This document shows, piece by piece, positions 10,045-20,450 of a stretch of 23,484 bases of DNA (position 1 is its first letter; every line of letters starts with the position of its first letter). The position numbers were made by a program, and so were the translations under genes. Location: positions 1-23,484 of the forward strand of contig CBDDTI010000599.1 of NCBI GenBank assembly GCA_965233585.1, read 5' to 3'. This stretch comes from a bacterium. Its GTDB lineage: Bacteria; SAR324; NAC60-12. The notes beneath the pieces were generated by a model. The model saw only the letters and a program-made list of their open reading frames with translations. It was not told the DNA's origin and did no database searches.

Positions 10045-10530
10045 GAAACGCAACGTTTTCGCACGAAATGGACGTTGGACGTCCAAAGCCTACTAGGTAA
10101 AATTACGATTTGGAGGTGTCCGCCGCAACGTTTTCGCACGAAATGCACCTTGGACGTCAAAAACTTAGGTAAAATTGCGATTTTGAGGTATCCCTCGCAA
10201 CTCTTTCGCGCGAAATGGACGTTGGACGGCAAAAACTGACGTAAAATTGCGATTTTAGTTAGTCGGCCGGACCCTTTCGCACGAAATGGACGTTGGACGT
10301 CAAAAATTGCGCTAAAATTGCGATTTTGAGGTGTCCAACGCAACCCTTTCACACGAAATGGACATTGGACATCAAAAACTGACGTTAAATTAATTACGAT
10401 TTTGAGGTGTCAATCGCAACCCTTACGCGCAAAATGGACGTTGGACGTCAAAAACTGCGGTAAAATTGCGATTTCACGGGTCCGATCGCAACCCTTTCGC
10501 ACGAAATGGTAAAATTGCGATTTCACGGGT
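10045..10530. repeat. ~72-bp tandem array (~7 units, ...CCCTTTCGCACGAAATGGACGTTGGACGTCAAAAA...AAAATTGCGATTT)
   Basis: The GCACGAAATG-like anchor occurs at 10061, 10136, 10208, 10279, 10351, 10427 and 10499. Confidence 0.92.
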
Positions 10531-10534
10531 CTGG

Positions 10535-12315
10535 TCTCTGTGTGTGAAAGTGTTTGTTATAAAGGCTTCTTTCTGTGTCTGTGTGTAATGGCATCTGTGT
10601 GTAAAAGCCTATGTGTGTGAAGTGTGAAATGTCTAGTGTCTGTGTGTAAAACCTTCTGTGTGTAAAAGTCTCTGTGTCTGAAAGTGTTGGTGTGTAAAAA
10701 GCTTCTGTGTAAAAGCGTCTGTGTGTAAAAGCCTCTGTGTGTAAAAGTGTCTGTGTGTAAAAGCGTCTGTGTGTACAGGAGTCTCTGTGTAAAAGCTTCT
10801 GTGTGTAAAAGCGTCTGTGTGTGAAAGTGTTTGTGTGTAAAAGCGTCTGTGTGTAAAAGCGTCTGTGTGTAAAAGCGTCTGTGTGTAAAAGCGCCTGTGT
10901 GTAAAAGCGTCTGTGTAAAGGAGTCTGCGTGTAAAAGCTTCTGTGTGCAAAACTGTGCGTAAAAGCCTCTGTGTGTGAAAGTGTTTAAAAGCCTCTGTGT
11001 GTAAAAGCGTCTGTGTGTAAAGGAGTCTGTGTGTAAAAGCTTCTGTGTGTAAAAGCGTCTGTGTGTAAAAGCGTCTGCGTGTAAAAGCTTCTGTGTGTAA
11101 AAGCGTCTGTGTGTAAAAGCGTCTGTGTGTAAAATCGTCTGTGTGTAAAAGTCTCTGTGTGTAAAAGCCTCTGTGTGTGAAACTGTTTGTGTGTAAAAGC
11201 GTCTTTGTGTAAAAGCTTCTGTGTGTAAAAAAGCGTCTGTGTGTAAACGCTTCTGTGTGTAAAAGCGTCTGTGTGTAAAAGTGTCTGTGTGTAAAAGCTT
11301 CTGTGTGTAAAAGCGTTTGTGTGCAAAAGCGTCTGTGTGTAAAAGCGTCTGTGTGTAAATTCTTCTGTGTGTAAAAGCGTTTGTGTGTAAAAGTGTCTGT
11401 GTGTAAAAGCTTCTGTGTGTAAAAGCCTCTGTGTGTGAAAGTGTTTGTGTTTAAAAGCATCTGCGTGTAAAGGAGTCTGTGTGTAAAAGCTTCTGTGTGT
11501 AAAAGCGTCTGTGTAAGCGTTTGTGTGTAAAAGCCTCTGTCTGTGAAAGTGTGTGTGTGTAAAAGCTTCTGTGGGTAAAAGTGTCTGTGTGTCAAAGTGT
11601 CTTTGTGTAAAAGCTTCTGTGTGTAAAAGGGTCTGTGTGTAAAAGCGTCTGTGTGTAAAAGCGTCTGTGTGTAAAAGCGTCTGTGTGTAAAAGCGTCTGT
11701 GTGTAAAAGCGTCTGTGTGTAAAAGCGTCTGTGTGTAAAAGGGTCTGTGTGTAAAAGCGTCTGTGTGTAAAAGCGTCTGTGTGTAAAAGCGTCTGTGGGT
11801 AAAAGTCTCTGTGTGTGAAAGTGTTGGTGTGTAAAAGCTTCTATGTGTAAAAGCGTCTGTGTGTAAAAGCGTCTGCGTGTAAACGCTTCTGTGTGTAAAA
11901 AAGCGTCTGTGTGTAAACGCTTCTGTGTGTAAAAGCGTCTGCGTGTAAAAGCGTCTGTGTGTAAAAGTGTCTGTGTGTAAAAGTCCCTGTGTGTAAACAT
12001 GTCTGTGTGTAAAGCGTCTGTGTGTAAAAGCGTCTGTGTGTAAAAAAAGCGTCTGCGTGTAAACGCTTCTGTGTGTAAAAGCGTCTGTGTGTAAACGCTT
12101 CTGTGTGTAAAAGCGTCTGCGTGTAAAAGTGTCTGTGTGTAAAAGTGTCTGTGTGTAAAATTCCCTGTGTGTAAACGTGTCTGTGTGAAAGCTTCTGTGT
12201 GTAAAAGCATCTGTGTGTAAAAGCGTCTGTGTGTAAAAGCGTCTGTGTGTAAACGCTTCTGTGTGTAAACCCTTCTGTGCAAAAGCGTCTGTGTGTAAAA
12301 GTTTCTGTGTGTGAA
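10535..12315. repeat. 16-bp minisatellite (CTGTGTGTAAAAGCGT), ~110 units
   Basis: Directly visible. It is the source of the spurious 562-aa and 451-aa ORFs. Confidence 0.97.
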
Positions 12316-12471
12316 AAACAATACGAAGGATACGATGCAAACTAGTGTCTTGATTCTACTTGTCTCGACTGCCTATCATACATCTTTAATACATTGTCTT
12401 GTAATATCGTGTCTCAATACTAACAACAGAAGACTCTGCTCCTCTACGCTCTCGGGCCATCCGTCGTCTAG

Positions 12472-12794
12472 TTGAACCATGGCAAATTCGTGATGCATGT
12501 TCAGCTGGCAGTCTTCGTCTCCGTTTGCCGAGCCTCAAGTGGAGGGCCCACTTGATCAGACGCTATAGTTTTCCACGTACAGAAGTGTCTGGCAAGATAG
12601 ACGAACTTATTGCACTTTATCAAAGCAAAGGTTTCTCATACTACGATTGTTGCAGGGCCGTCAAGATAACGTGGGCGCTGTCCCTGTTTGTGTGCGCGTC
12701 AGCTCTGTACCAAAGAGTTTTAGCAATATATAGTTCAAAACGCAGGGGGCCATCCTTCTCATCATTGGTGGATGGCCAACGAAGAGGCCAATGA
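12472..12794 (+). pseudogene. PLE RT thumb / C-terminus (continuation after the family B insertion)
   Basis: EPWQIRDACSAGSLRLRLPSLKWRAHLIRRYSFP...LIALYQSKGFS is in frame with the FLG segment once the insert is removed. The R..R...L...G(Y/F) pattern is typical of PLE thumbs. Stop TGA at 12792-12794. Confidence 0.8.
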
Positions 12795-13088
12795 TGAGAG
12801 GTGTAAACGTACCTGCAGGCAGTTCCTGGGTATGAGAAGACATACAGCTGGAATGCCGCTCAAGATGTTCGACCATGATTGTTTCGGTTTGAGGTGCTGC
12901 AGGTTGCCACAATCTGAACCAGATCGGTGAATCAAGACCTGAATTGAGTGACTGTACTTTTGAAGTCTTGGCCCTTGGCTTTCTAAGTAGTTTGCCAAGT
13001 GCACCTTGGATGGAGCAACTCCGAACTTCAACAGTTCTAACTAGAAAACAAATTGAGAGCAGGATATTCTGCTGAATGTTCAAGTGTG
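12700..13088 (+). repeat. 3' pseudo-LTR (389 bp)
   Basis: Direct repeat of 3351-3739. Confidence 0.95.
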
Positions 13089-13537
13089 TTCAAATTTGTG
13101 TGTGAAAGAGTTGTGCCTGAAAGAGTTGTCTGCAAGAGACTGGGTGTGTACAAGGTTGTGTGTGAAAGAATTGTGTGTACAAGAGATGTGTTTTCAAGGT
13201 TGTGTGTGAAAGGTGTGTGTGAAAGAGGTCTGTGTGGAAGTTTGTGTGTTCGCGTCGATGTCACCAAGTGCCGCGCCTTCCCCGCAAAACGAAGGTTGAT
13301 GTCGCCAAGTGCCACGCCTGCCCCGCAAAACGAAGGTTGATGTCGCCAAGTGCCAGGCCTGCCACTCGAAGTGCCGCGGAGTCACAGGCGACCAACGGAG
13401 ACCAAGCACCAACCGCGCCACCAGATCCAGCCCAGCGCCATAAGCGCCACGCCTGCCCCGCAAAACGAAGGTTGATGTCGCCAAGTGCCACGCTTGCCAC
13501 GCAAAATGAAGGTTGATGTCACCAAGTGCCACGCCCA
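13089..13537. mobile_element. Family C repeat element, right part (GT-rich array + ~41-bp GGTTGATGTCGCCAAGTGCCACGCCTGCCCCGCAAAACGAA units)
   Basis: The GT-rich array continues from 2910-3350. About 5 copies of the 41-bp unit lie at 13253-13535. Confidence 0.7.
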
Positions 13538-13582
13538 CTTCATCCTTGTCAACCTTTTCCAATTCTCCAACAATTCTGCCAG

Positions 13583-13915
13583 GCAGGATGGACGGTCCTG
13601 GAGACCTTTGAGGTCCCGCGATGGCCAATGATGGAGGACACAGCTAGCTAGTTGTCCACTTGAAAGTTCAACGGCACACATGCTATGCCAACTACTTCCA
13701 CAGTAGCTTTGGGAAATCCTGGCAAGATTTTTGGCCCGTCAAGTCCGAAATATACTGAAGTTCCGATCCTTCCCACACAACTCTCCTTGCTACATGCCTT
13801 ATTTTTTCTTGCTGCGAGCTTTCCTTTTCCTGCTTTTCCCAGGTTGCAAGCAACCAGGCAACCTGAGAATTTGCAGCAGCCAGGACAAAGCTTTCTTCCT
13901 GAAGAGATTGGATGG
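13583..13915 (+). CDS. Downstream exons of the methyltransferase-like gene: 13583-13636 and 13884-~13915 (3' end uncertain; possible further exon 13998-14061 or read-on to stop 14072)
   Basis: CCAG|GCA...GAG|GA (GA donor) and CCAG|GAC give AGWTVLETFEVPRWPMME-DKAFFLKRLD. This joins in phase 0 to ...FFNLLE and completes the W.....+P.WP...D....+.R terminal motif expected for this family. Confidence 0.75.
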
Positions 13916-15618
13916 GCAGCCATTTGCAGAAAAAAGAAAGCACAGCCTCAGTTTGCGTTTGGATATTGTTGGTTTGATCATGAACGGATCAGAACAGGAT
14001 GAACCAAAAATTGACGGTGAAAGGAAGAGTCCTGGATCTTTTGCAGCTGATGAATGCTCAGGTACAACCTGACTGACCTGCTAAGTGCACCAAGCGCCGA
14101 ATTTTCTGCTGGCGCCTCGGGTGATGGCAGCGAGCCCTGCAATCCATCATGATCAGTGGACTTTTCCATATTTGTAACAATCTTTTGTGGGGCAGCTCTG
14201 TCATTGTGACTGCGCAGCGCAATAAATTCACCAAACACGCACACAAAATTGATGCGAGTCAAATTGGCTGCCCGTGTGTCCACAATTTTGTATCATATTT
14301 TTTTGCATTAAACCACCCATTTGACAGCTCAACAAGTTGCAGGGTTGGAAATGATTTGAGCCGCAAAGCCCCAAGGGATCTAGCACAGCGGCCGGAAATC
14401 TGAGAGGTGAATCTTTGGACGATTTGAAAGACCCCTCCTGCATCGTATCCTTTTCCAGCCTTATTTCATGCTTTTGAACCCCAACCACGTCGAGGGTTTC
14501 GAAGCATGTCATGCTTTCAGTTCTAGCTACACAGACTCAAGAGCTGTGAATTTTTGCATGCGGGAGGATGAGAGGGTCCAAAGTTTGAAAATGGTTCTTC
14601 ACACTTTGAAGCTGTGATTCCCTTTGTGAACATGAGGCGAAGTGGCATGTTCAATTGTGCATTCACTTCACTTTGACAAGGCTTGGCTTTTGCCTGTTTC
14701 TTATCCACTGGAGTTCACACAAGGTTCACAGCTACTTTTCGAGTTTCCACTGACAAGGGACGCGGTGAAGCGGCGAATATGTCAAATGACAGGACATCAA
14801 CATAGTATCTAGTCAATTTAGTCATATGAACGGTTTCTTCTGTCCCTATCTTTTTTTGTTCCGGCCCAAGAAATCGCGTCGCTTGCAGGGATGGTAGAAG
14901 TTCCGATCTTTTTTCGTGGTTCGGGCAGGCATCAGCAACCACTTGAGCAAGCCATTCGTCTCCAATCCGTTTGGGTACATTTGTGGGCTTCAAGCCATAG
15001 GAAATATTTTGCTTAAGTGGTAGTATCTTCCACGGGGAAGACAATGCTCCGTATTTTGATCCGGTGCGATTTTCTGGCCTATTGCAACGAACACCTTTGG
15101 AAGAGAAGAAAAATACATTATTAATTTAATTATATGATTTTGCGGAGGTACTCTGCCCGAAATTAAGAATTACAAGAAAATTGGAATATTAAGACTGTTG
15201 TCATACAGATAACTCAGAGGAAATTGAAGGAAGAATTTGCCAACGAAACTCCACGGAAAGGTTTTAAAAAAGGAATAGACACGAGGTTTTTTATTTTATA
15301 TATGTTAGGTAAATATAATAAAATATAATATAAATTAAAATAATATTGATATAATTTAATTTAAATAAAAATATAATTATAAATGTAATGTAAATATAAA
15401 AAATTAGAATTTAATAATTTGAATATATAAATAAAAAAATATATGTATAGATTTTTATGTATTTGTAATTATATATTTATTAACATTATATATTTTTAAA
15501 AAAATATATATATTTATTAGATTATTTATAATTATATTTAATTTTATTTAAAATTTATTATTATTTTTTGATATTTGTTATTTTTTTTATATATTATATT
15601 AAATTTAAAAAATAATTA

Positions 15619-16511
15619 AAGGAAATTTAGAAGTTAATTTTTCGATAATATGAATAAATGAAAAGTAGAGTAGGGAAGAGAAAGAGAAAGAAGATGTAGA
15701 TGCGTGAAAAGGTAGGGAAATCGTGAAATATTGTGTTTTTCCTAATGATTTGTGGTTCGTACTATAACGCGAGGATAACATTATTTAGATGTTGTTATGT
15801 ACTGAGAATACTTTGGAGGGTCGAAAAATAGACTCGCTAAATTGGCGGGTATATTACACTGCACTACATTACATTATACTTCCTTATATTACACTACACT
15901 TTATTATACTTACTATACTATAACTACAACTACATAACTACACTCCACTACACTCCACTACATTAAATTACACTATACTACATTACACTACATTCCACTA
16001 CACTACACTCCACCACACTAAATTACACTATACTTCACCACATCACCACACTACATTACACTACACTACCTTCCACTGCACTTCACTATATTACACCATA
16101 CTACACTACACCACAACTACAACTACACAAGTACACTCTACTACATCCCACTACACTAAATTACACTACATTACACTATTTTACACTACACTACATTCCA
16201 CTACACTCTACCACACCACCTATAATTATATTACACTATATTACACTCAATGACACTGCACTACAGATAAATAGATAGACAAATAGATAGCTAGACAGGT
16301 AGATAACTAGACAGATAAAGGAGAGAGAAAAATAGATAGATAGGTAGGTAGGTAGGTAGATAATTAGAGAAAGAAAGAATAGTAAGAAAGATTAATTAGC
16401 TTTCGATCCATGAATATCTTCGCTTTGCTATTTCTTATTCATAACAAACAACCTCTCCTATAAATTTCCTTTTTTGAAATTTCCACCACCGCCTTATACC
16501 GTACTATTGGT
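15619..16511 (+). mobile_element. Second, AT-shifted and internally shortened copy of family A
   Basis: The 3' end 16400-16511 aligns with 956-1068. It has an ACACT microsatellite (15855-16265) and an AGAT run (16265-16390). 5' GGAAATTT (15621-15628) is complementary to AAATTTCC (16477-16484). Confidence 0.7.
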
Positions 16512-16738
16512 AATAATATTACTAAAATTTAAAAATATTTTGCATTTTTAATGTTAAATATATTTATTGATAAATAGATGTTATTTATAATTTATAAATA
16601 TATTTATTTTTCTTTAATTTTTTATAATAATATAAATTTTATTTTTTATTTATAATTAATATATTTGTTGTTTTCTATTTTTCTTGATATTTTTTTTAAA
16701 TATAATAAATTTTATATATTTAATATTTTTTTTAATAA

Positions 16739-18745
16739 CTAGACGACGGATGGCCGAAATCGTAGAGGAACAGGGTTTTTTCTTATTAATATGGAAACAC
16801 CATATTACAAAGCAATATATTAAAGATATGTTATGGGCAATCGACAAGAGGAGTATCAAGACAATATAGCGCAAGTTTAAAACAATAATTTTAATCGCAA
16901 ACACTTTTACATACAGAAGTTTTTACACACAGACGCTTTCACATACAAAAGCTTTTACACACAGAAACTTTTACACATAGAAGCATTTACACACAAAAGC
17001 TTTCACATACAGAAGCTTTTATATATAGACACTTTCACACACAGACCCTTTTACACACAGACGCTTGTATACACAGACACTTTTACGTACGGATGCTTTT
17101 ACACACAAATATTTTTAACAAAGACCCTTTTACACACAGAAGCTTTTACACATAGACTCTTTTACACACAGACACTTTTGCATACGGACGGTTTTACACA
17201 CAAACACTTTTACGCAGAAATACTTTTACACATAGAAACCCTTTGTTACACAGAAGCTGCGACCCACGGACCCCTGGAAAACAAACATGCCAAACAATCA
17301 ACGGGGCAAGAAAAAAAACATGTAAGCAAGGCCACTTTTACACACACATTGCCGCTGTCACATAGAAACAACTTTCTACATAGAAATCCTTCTGCACATA
17401 CACCATTTTGCACAGAGACGCTTTAACACACAAACCCTTTTGCACACGGACACTTTTACATACAGAACCTTTTACACGCAAACCCTTTTACACAGATGCA
17501 CTTTTACACACAAACAAACACTTTTACACACAAACATCTTACACACAAACCCGTCCACACACAAACACTTTTCCACACAGAAGCTTTTACACACAGACAC
17601 TTTTACATAGACACACACACACACCCTTTTGCACACAAACGCTTTTACACACAGACCTTCTTGCACACAGACAGACACTTTTTACACACAAACCCTTTTA
17701 CACGCAGACACTTTGACACAGAAACCTTTTGCCACACAGAAGCTGCGATCCACGGACGCCATTTATATTTACACAGAAACAACCGTTTACACTCAAACAC
17801 TTTTGCACACAGAAGCTTTTACAAACACACACACCAAACACACACACGCCTATTTACACGCGAACATTTTTACACACAGACCCTCCTGCACACAGACACA
17901 AACTTTCACACACAAACCCTTTCACACACAAACACGTTGACACAAAAACCCTTTGACCCACAGAAGCTGCGACACACGGACCATCTTTCACACAAATGCT
18001 TACACTCTTACACTCACATCCTTTTACACCCAACACCAGTTACATCCCAGCTTTACTTCCGTTTTTGCTCATCGAGACACTTTCGTGCGAAAGGGTTGCT
18101 CTGGCACAATTAAAAAAATAAAATGGCAATTTTTCTTTGGTTTTTGGGCATCGAGCCCCGTTTCGTGCGTAAGGATTGCTTGGCAAAAGTAAGATCGCAA
18201 TTTTACCTCGATTTTTGTGCACTGGCCCTTATTTCGTGCCAAAGGGTTGCTCCAGGAGAAGTTCGGCACAAGTAAAATCGCATCTTTGCCTCAGTTTTTG
18301 AGATCGGCCTTCATTTCGTGCGAAAGGGTTTATCCAGGACAAGTCCGGCACAAAAAAAATTGCAATACAACCTCGGTTTGTGACGATCGACTGTCATTTT
18401 GTGCGAAAGGGTTGCTCTGCCACAAATAAAATTCCATTTTTATTTGCTTCAGTTTTCGACGATCGACCCTCATTTTGTGCGAAACCTTTCCTCCGGCACA
18501 AGTAAACTGCAGCTTTACCTCAGTTTTTGCCCATCGACCCTCATTTCGTCCGAAAGGGTTGACATTTCGTAACTCCCCTTCAGTACCGACAAAGAAGGCG
18601 AGAGAGAGACAAGGGAAAGAAAGAGGATAGAGAGAAAGACAGAGAGAGAAGGGGAAGTTATTATTATGTCAAGATGTAAACATTTTGAAGCTGAGCAGGT
18701 GTGAAAATGAGCAGCTGTGAAAATGAGCAAATGTGGATGAAAAAG
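16739..18745 (-). mobile_element. Second, inverted and diverged copy of family B
   Basis: CTAGACGACGGATGGCC... (16739 on) is the reverse complement of 12340-12471. It is followed by the 16-bp array (16900-18030), TTTCGTGCGAAAGGGTTG units (18070-18570), a GA-rich run and remnants of the 30-bp unit, i.e. the mirror module order. The 5' terminus is not found. Confidence 0.85.
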
Positions 18746-18879
18746 TTCATTAATTCGTGCCGGGTCACCCAAGCATGGGTCGACGTGGATAGCATTGGAA
18801 TGGCTATATGATTATTATTAATTTCTGCAAAAATGTTTCTTTCCCTCTGCATACAGAAAGGTCTGCCAATTGCTACCCG

Positions 18880-19215
18880 AGATGAATTTTGCTGGTTTTA
18901 CGAATGTTTTCATTGTGTTCTTTTTTGAGGGAGCCGCATCATAATTTCCTGTTTGAAGATACTGGATTCGGCGATGAAAGGTGCCTCCTGTGTGCGGCGG
19001 GTGCGACTGCGGAGCTGGTTTCTCGTATCTCTTTTGTGAAAAATGTTTGTTCCCCTGTGCGCCAGTTCTCTTCGACACACTGCTCTACTGAAAGACATGG
19101 GCAAGCAAAACTTGAAAGCAAGATTGGGCACGCCTTTTTTGTTTGTGTGAATCGCACTGGCATGGAAAAATTATTCGTAATGGCTGCTTGCATGTTTACA
19201 TGGGGCTTTTTTGTT
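18880..19215. repeat. Degenerate fragment of another interspersed repeat family
   Basis: GGCGATGAAAGGTGCCTCCTGTGTGCGGCGGGTGCG and GTAATGGCTGC..CATG..ATGGGGC resemble a common Symbiodiniaceae repeat (recalled, single copy in this window, not verified). Confidence 0.35.
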
Positions 19216-20249
19216 GAGGAACTTGAGCTAAAAAAATTTTTTTTTGGACGTCATGTGTTGGGAAGGTGCGGCTTGCGGTCGTTCACTGCACTAATTGGTT
19301 CCTCCTGTGCTCTCTGGAACGACTGGTGGTCCTGTTGGCATAATTCTACATGGGAATACATCCTGATGCTTGCCTAATTATTTCATTGGGTGTGAAGTTC
19401 TTAGCTCTTCTTTGAAAGTGTGAATGAAAATATACATGAAAATATTCTATTTATGTTTTTTCAAAATATATATGAATAAAATTTTTTTGTATATATTTCA
19501 TTGTTTCATGTAGATGAAAAAATACTATAACCGTCTTATTTGTTTGCGGGTTCAGCTGTCGCTTCGCTTGATTCGTGACGAATAATAACAACTTTTTTCG
19601 AGGAAGGCAATAGTGAAATTCTTGTGGGCTGCCAGTGCGAAATCAATTTTGTTTGTATCGTTAAGGTGTCACTTCGAGCATGGAAGGATATTTACATTCA
19701 AAGGAAATCTATTTGTAAATGCCACTAGCAATTTTATTTTTCTTATGTAAAATCCTTTTTGTCGGAAAAAGTTGTCTGGTGGTAGTGGAACTGAAAGTAT
19801 CCGCAAAAGTAGGGTGACTTTGAAGAAAGATGTTTTTACTTTCCATTGATGATCCCGAGATGCTTTTCACCAAGAAAACATGATATATCGATGAAGCTCA
19901 TATAATTGAAAAATCATTCTAAAAATAACCAAAAATTCAAGGAACAAATTCTTGCGATCAAATGTACCCACATTGGGGCGCACCACATCATCCCGCATGT
20001 TTTTTTCCACACATACACGCAGACTTTTTTCCGCAAAGGACCCGTCATGGGTTAGAGATATATCCCATTCTCAAACAGGAAACATGATCCGACCCAAGAA
20101 CACAACAAAACTCACGTGCGTTGCCAGTGCCTTCAACCTCGCAGCCGCTGGTCTTCGTCACTGCAAAACTGCAAAGGAATTGAATGAATGTTCCTGCCAA
20201 AATTATTCTGGCAAGAAAAGGTTCTTTTGAAACACATGTTCATGAAATG

Positions 20250-20450
20250 AAACTTTTACAGACTAACTCTTTTGCACGAACAAGCTTTTCAGACACAGAG
20301 ACTCCTGCAGGCAAAAAACGCTTCCACTCAGGTTTTTGTATAAAAATGCTTTTTGACACATAGAGATGTGCAAAACAGCGTGTATGCAGCTTTTCTGTTT
20401 GTCAAGAAAAACAGCAGCTTCTGTGGGTAATAAGCGTGTGTGTAAGGCAT
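20250..20450. repeat. Short decayed remnants of the family B 16-bp satellite in both orientations
   Basis: CTTTTACAGAC / CTTTTCAGACACAGAG, then GCTTCTGTGGGTAATAAGCGTGTGTGTAA. Confidence 0.4.

Larger units (their letters stand above)
9215..12471 (+). mobile_element. Family B non-autonomous Helitron/Helentron-like element carrying three satellites, inserted in the RT
   Basis: Removing 9215-12471 restores ...TAC AAA TTA A|TT GAA CCA TGG (YKLIEPWQIR) in frame with no duplication. It ends in CTAG. CCCCAGAGCG (9217-9226) is an inverted match (9/10) to CGCTCTCGGG (12447-12456). Confidence 0.8.
3351..13088 (+). mobile_element. Decayed Penelope-like retroelement with N-terminal GIY-YIG endonuclease (Naiad/Chlamys-type domain order), direct pseudo-LTRs and extra upstream ORFs
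   Basis: Direct repeats at 3351-3739 and 12700-13088. GIY-YIG at 6921-7235, CxC linker at 7831-7839, RT motifs at 8200-9210, thumb at 12472-12650. No integrase, RNase H or protease seen. Confidence 0.85.

Noticed and set aside
10045..10530. CRISPR-like periodicity (also 1-325, 13253-13535, 18070-18570)
   Set aside because: The inter-repeat segments are homologous to each other rather than unique spacers, there are no cas genes, and the context is eukaryotic.
10633..12340. 562-aa and 451-aa minus-strand ORFs (HTDAFTHRRFYTQTLL repeats)
   Set aside because: They are translations of a 16-bp satellite lacking stops on that strand, open in several frames, inside a non-autonomous element.
3351..13088. 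LTR retrotransposon (Ty1/Ty3) or DIRS interpretation of the direct repeats
   Set aside because: No TG...CA ends, PBS, TSD, protease, RNase H, integrase or tyrosine recombinase. The repeat includes the ORF 3' end, as PLE pseudo-LTRs do.
14060..15050. Possible convergent minus-strand multi-exon gene
   Set aside because: Several short protein-like stretches exist, but I could not assemble consistent splice phases or recognise a domain. Transcript data are needed.
18889..19680. 162-aa + strand ORF and nearby exon-like segments
   Set aside because: It partly overlaps a decayed repeat, has no recognisable motif and gives no consistent exon chain.
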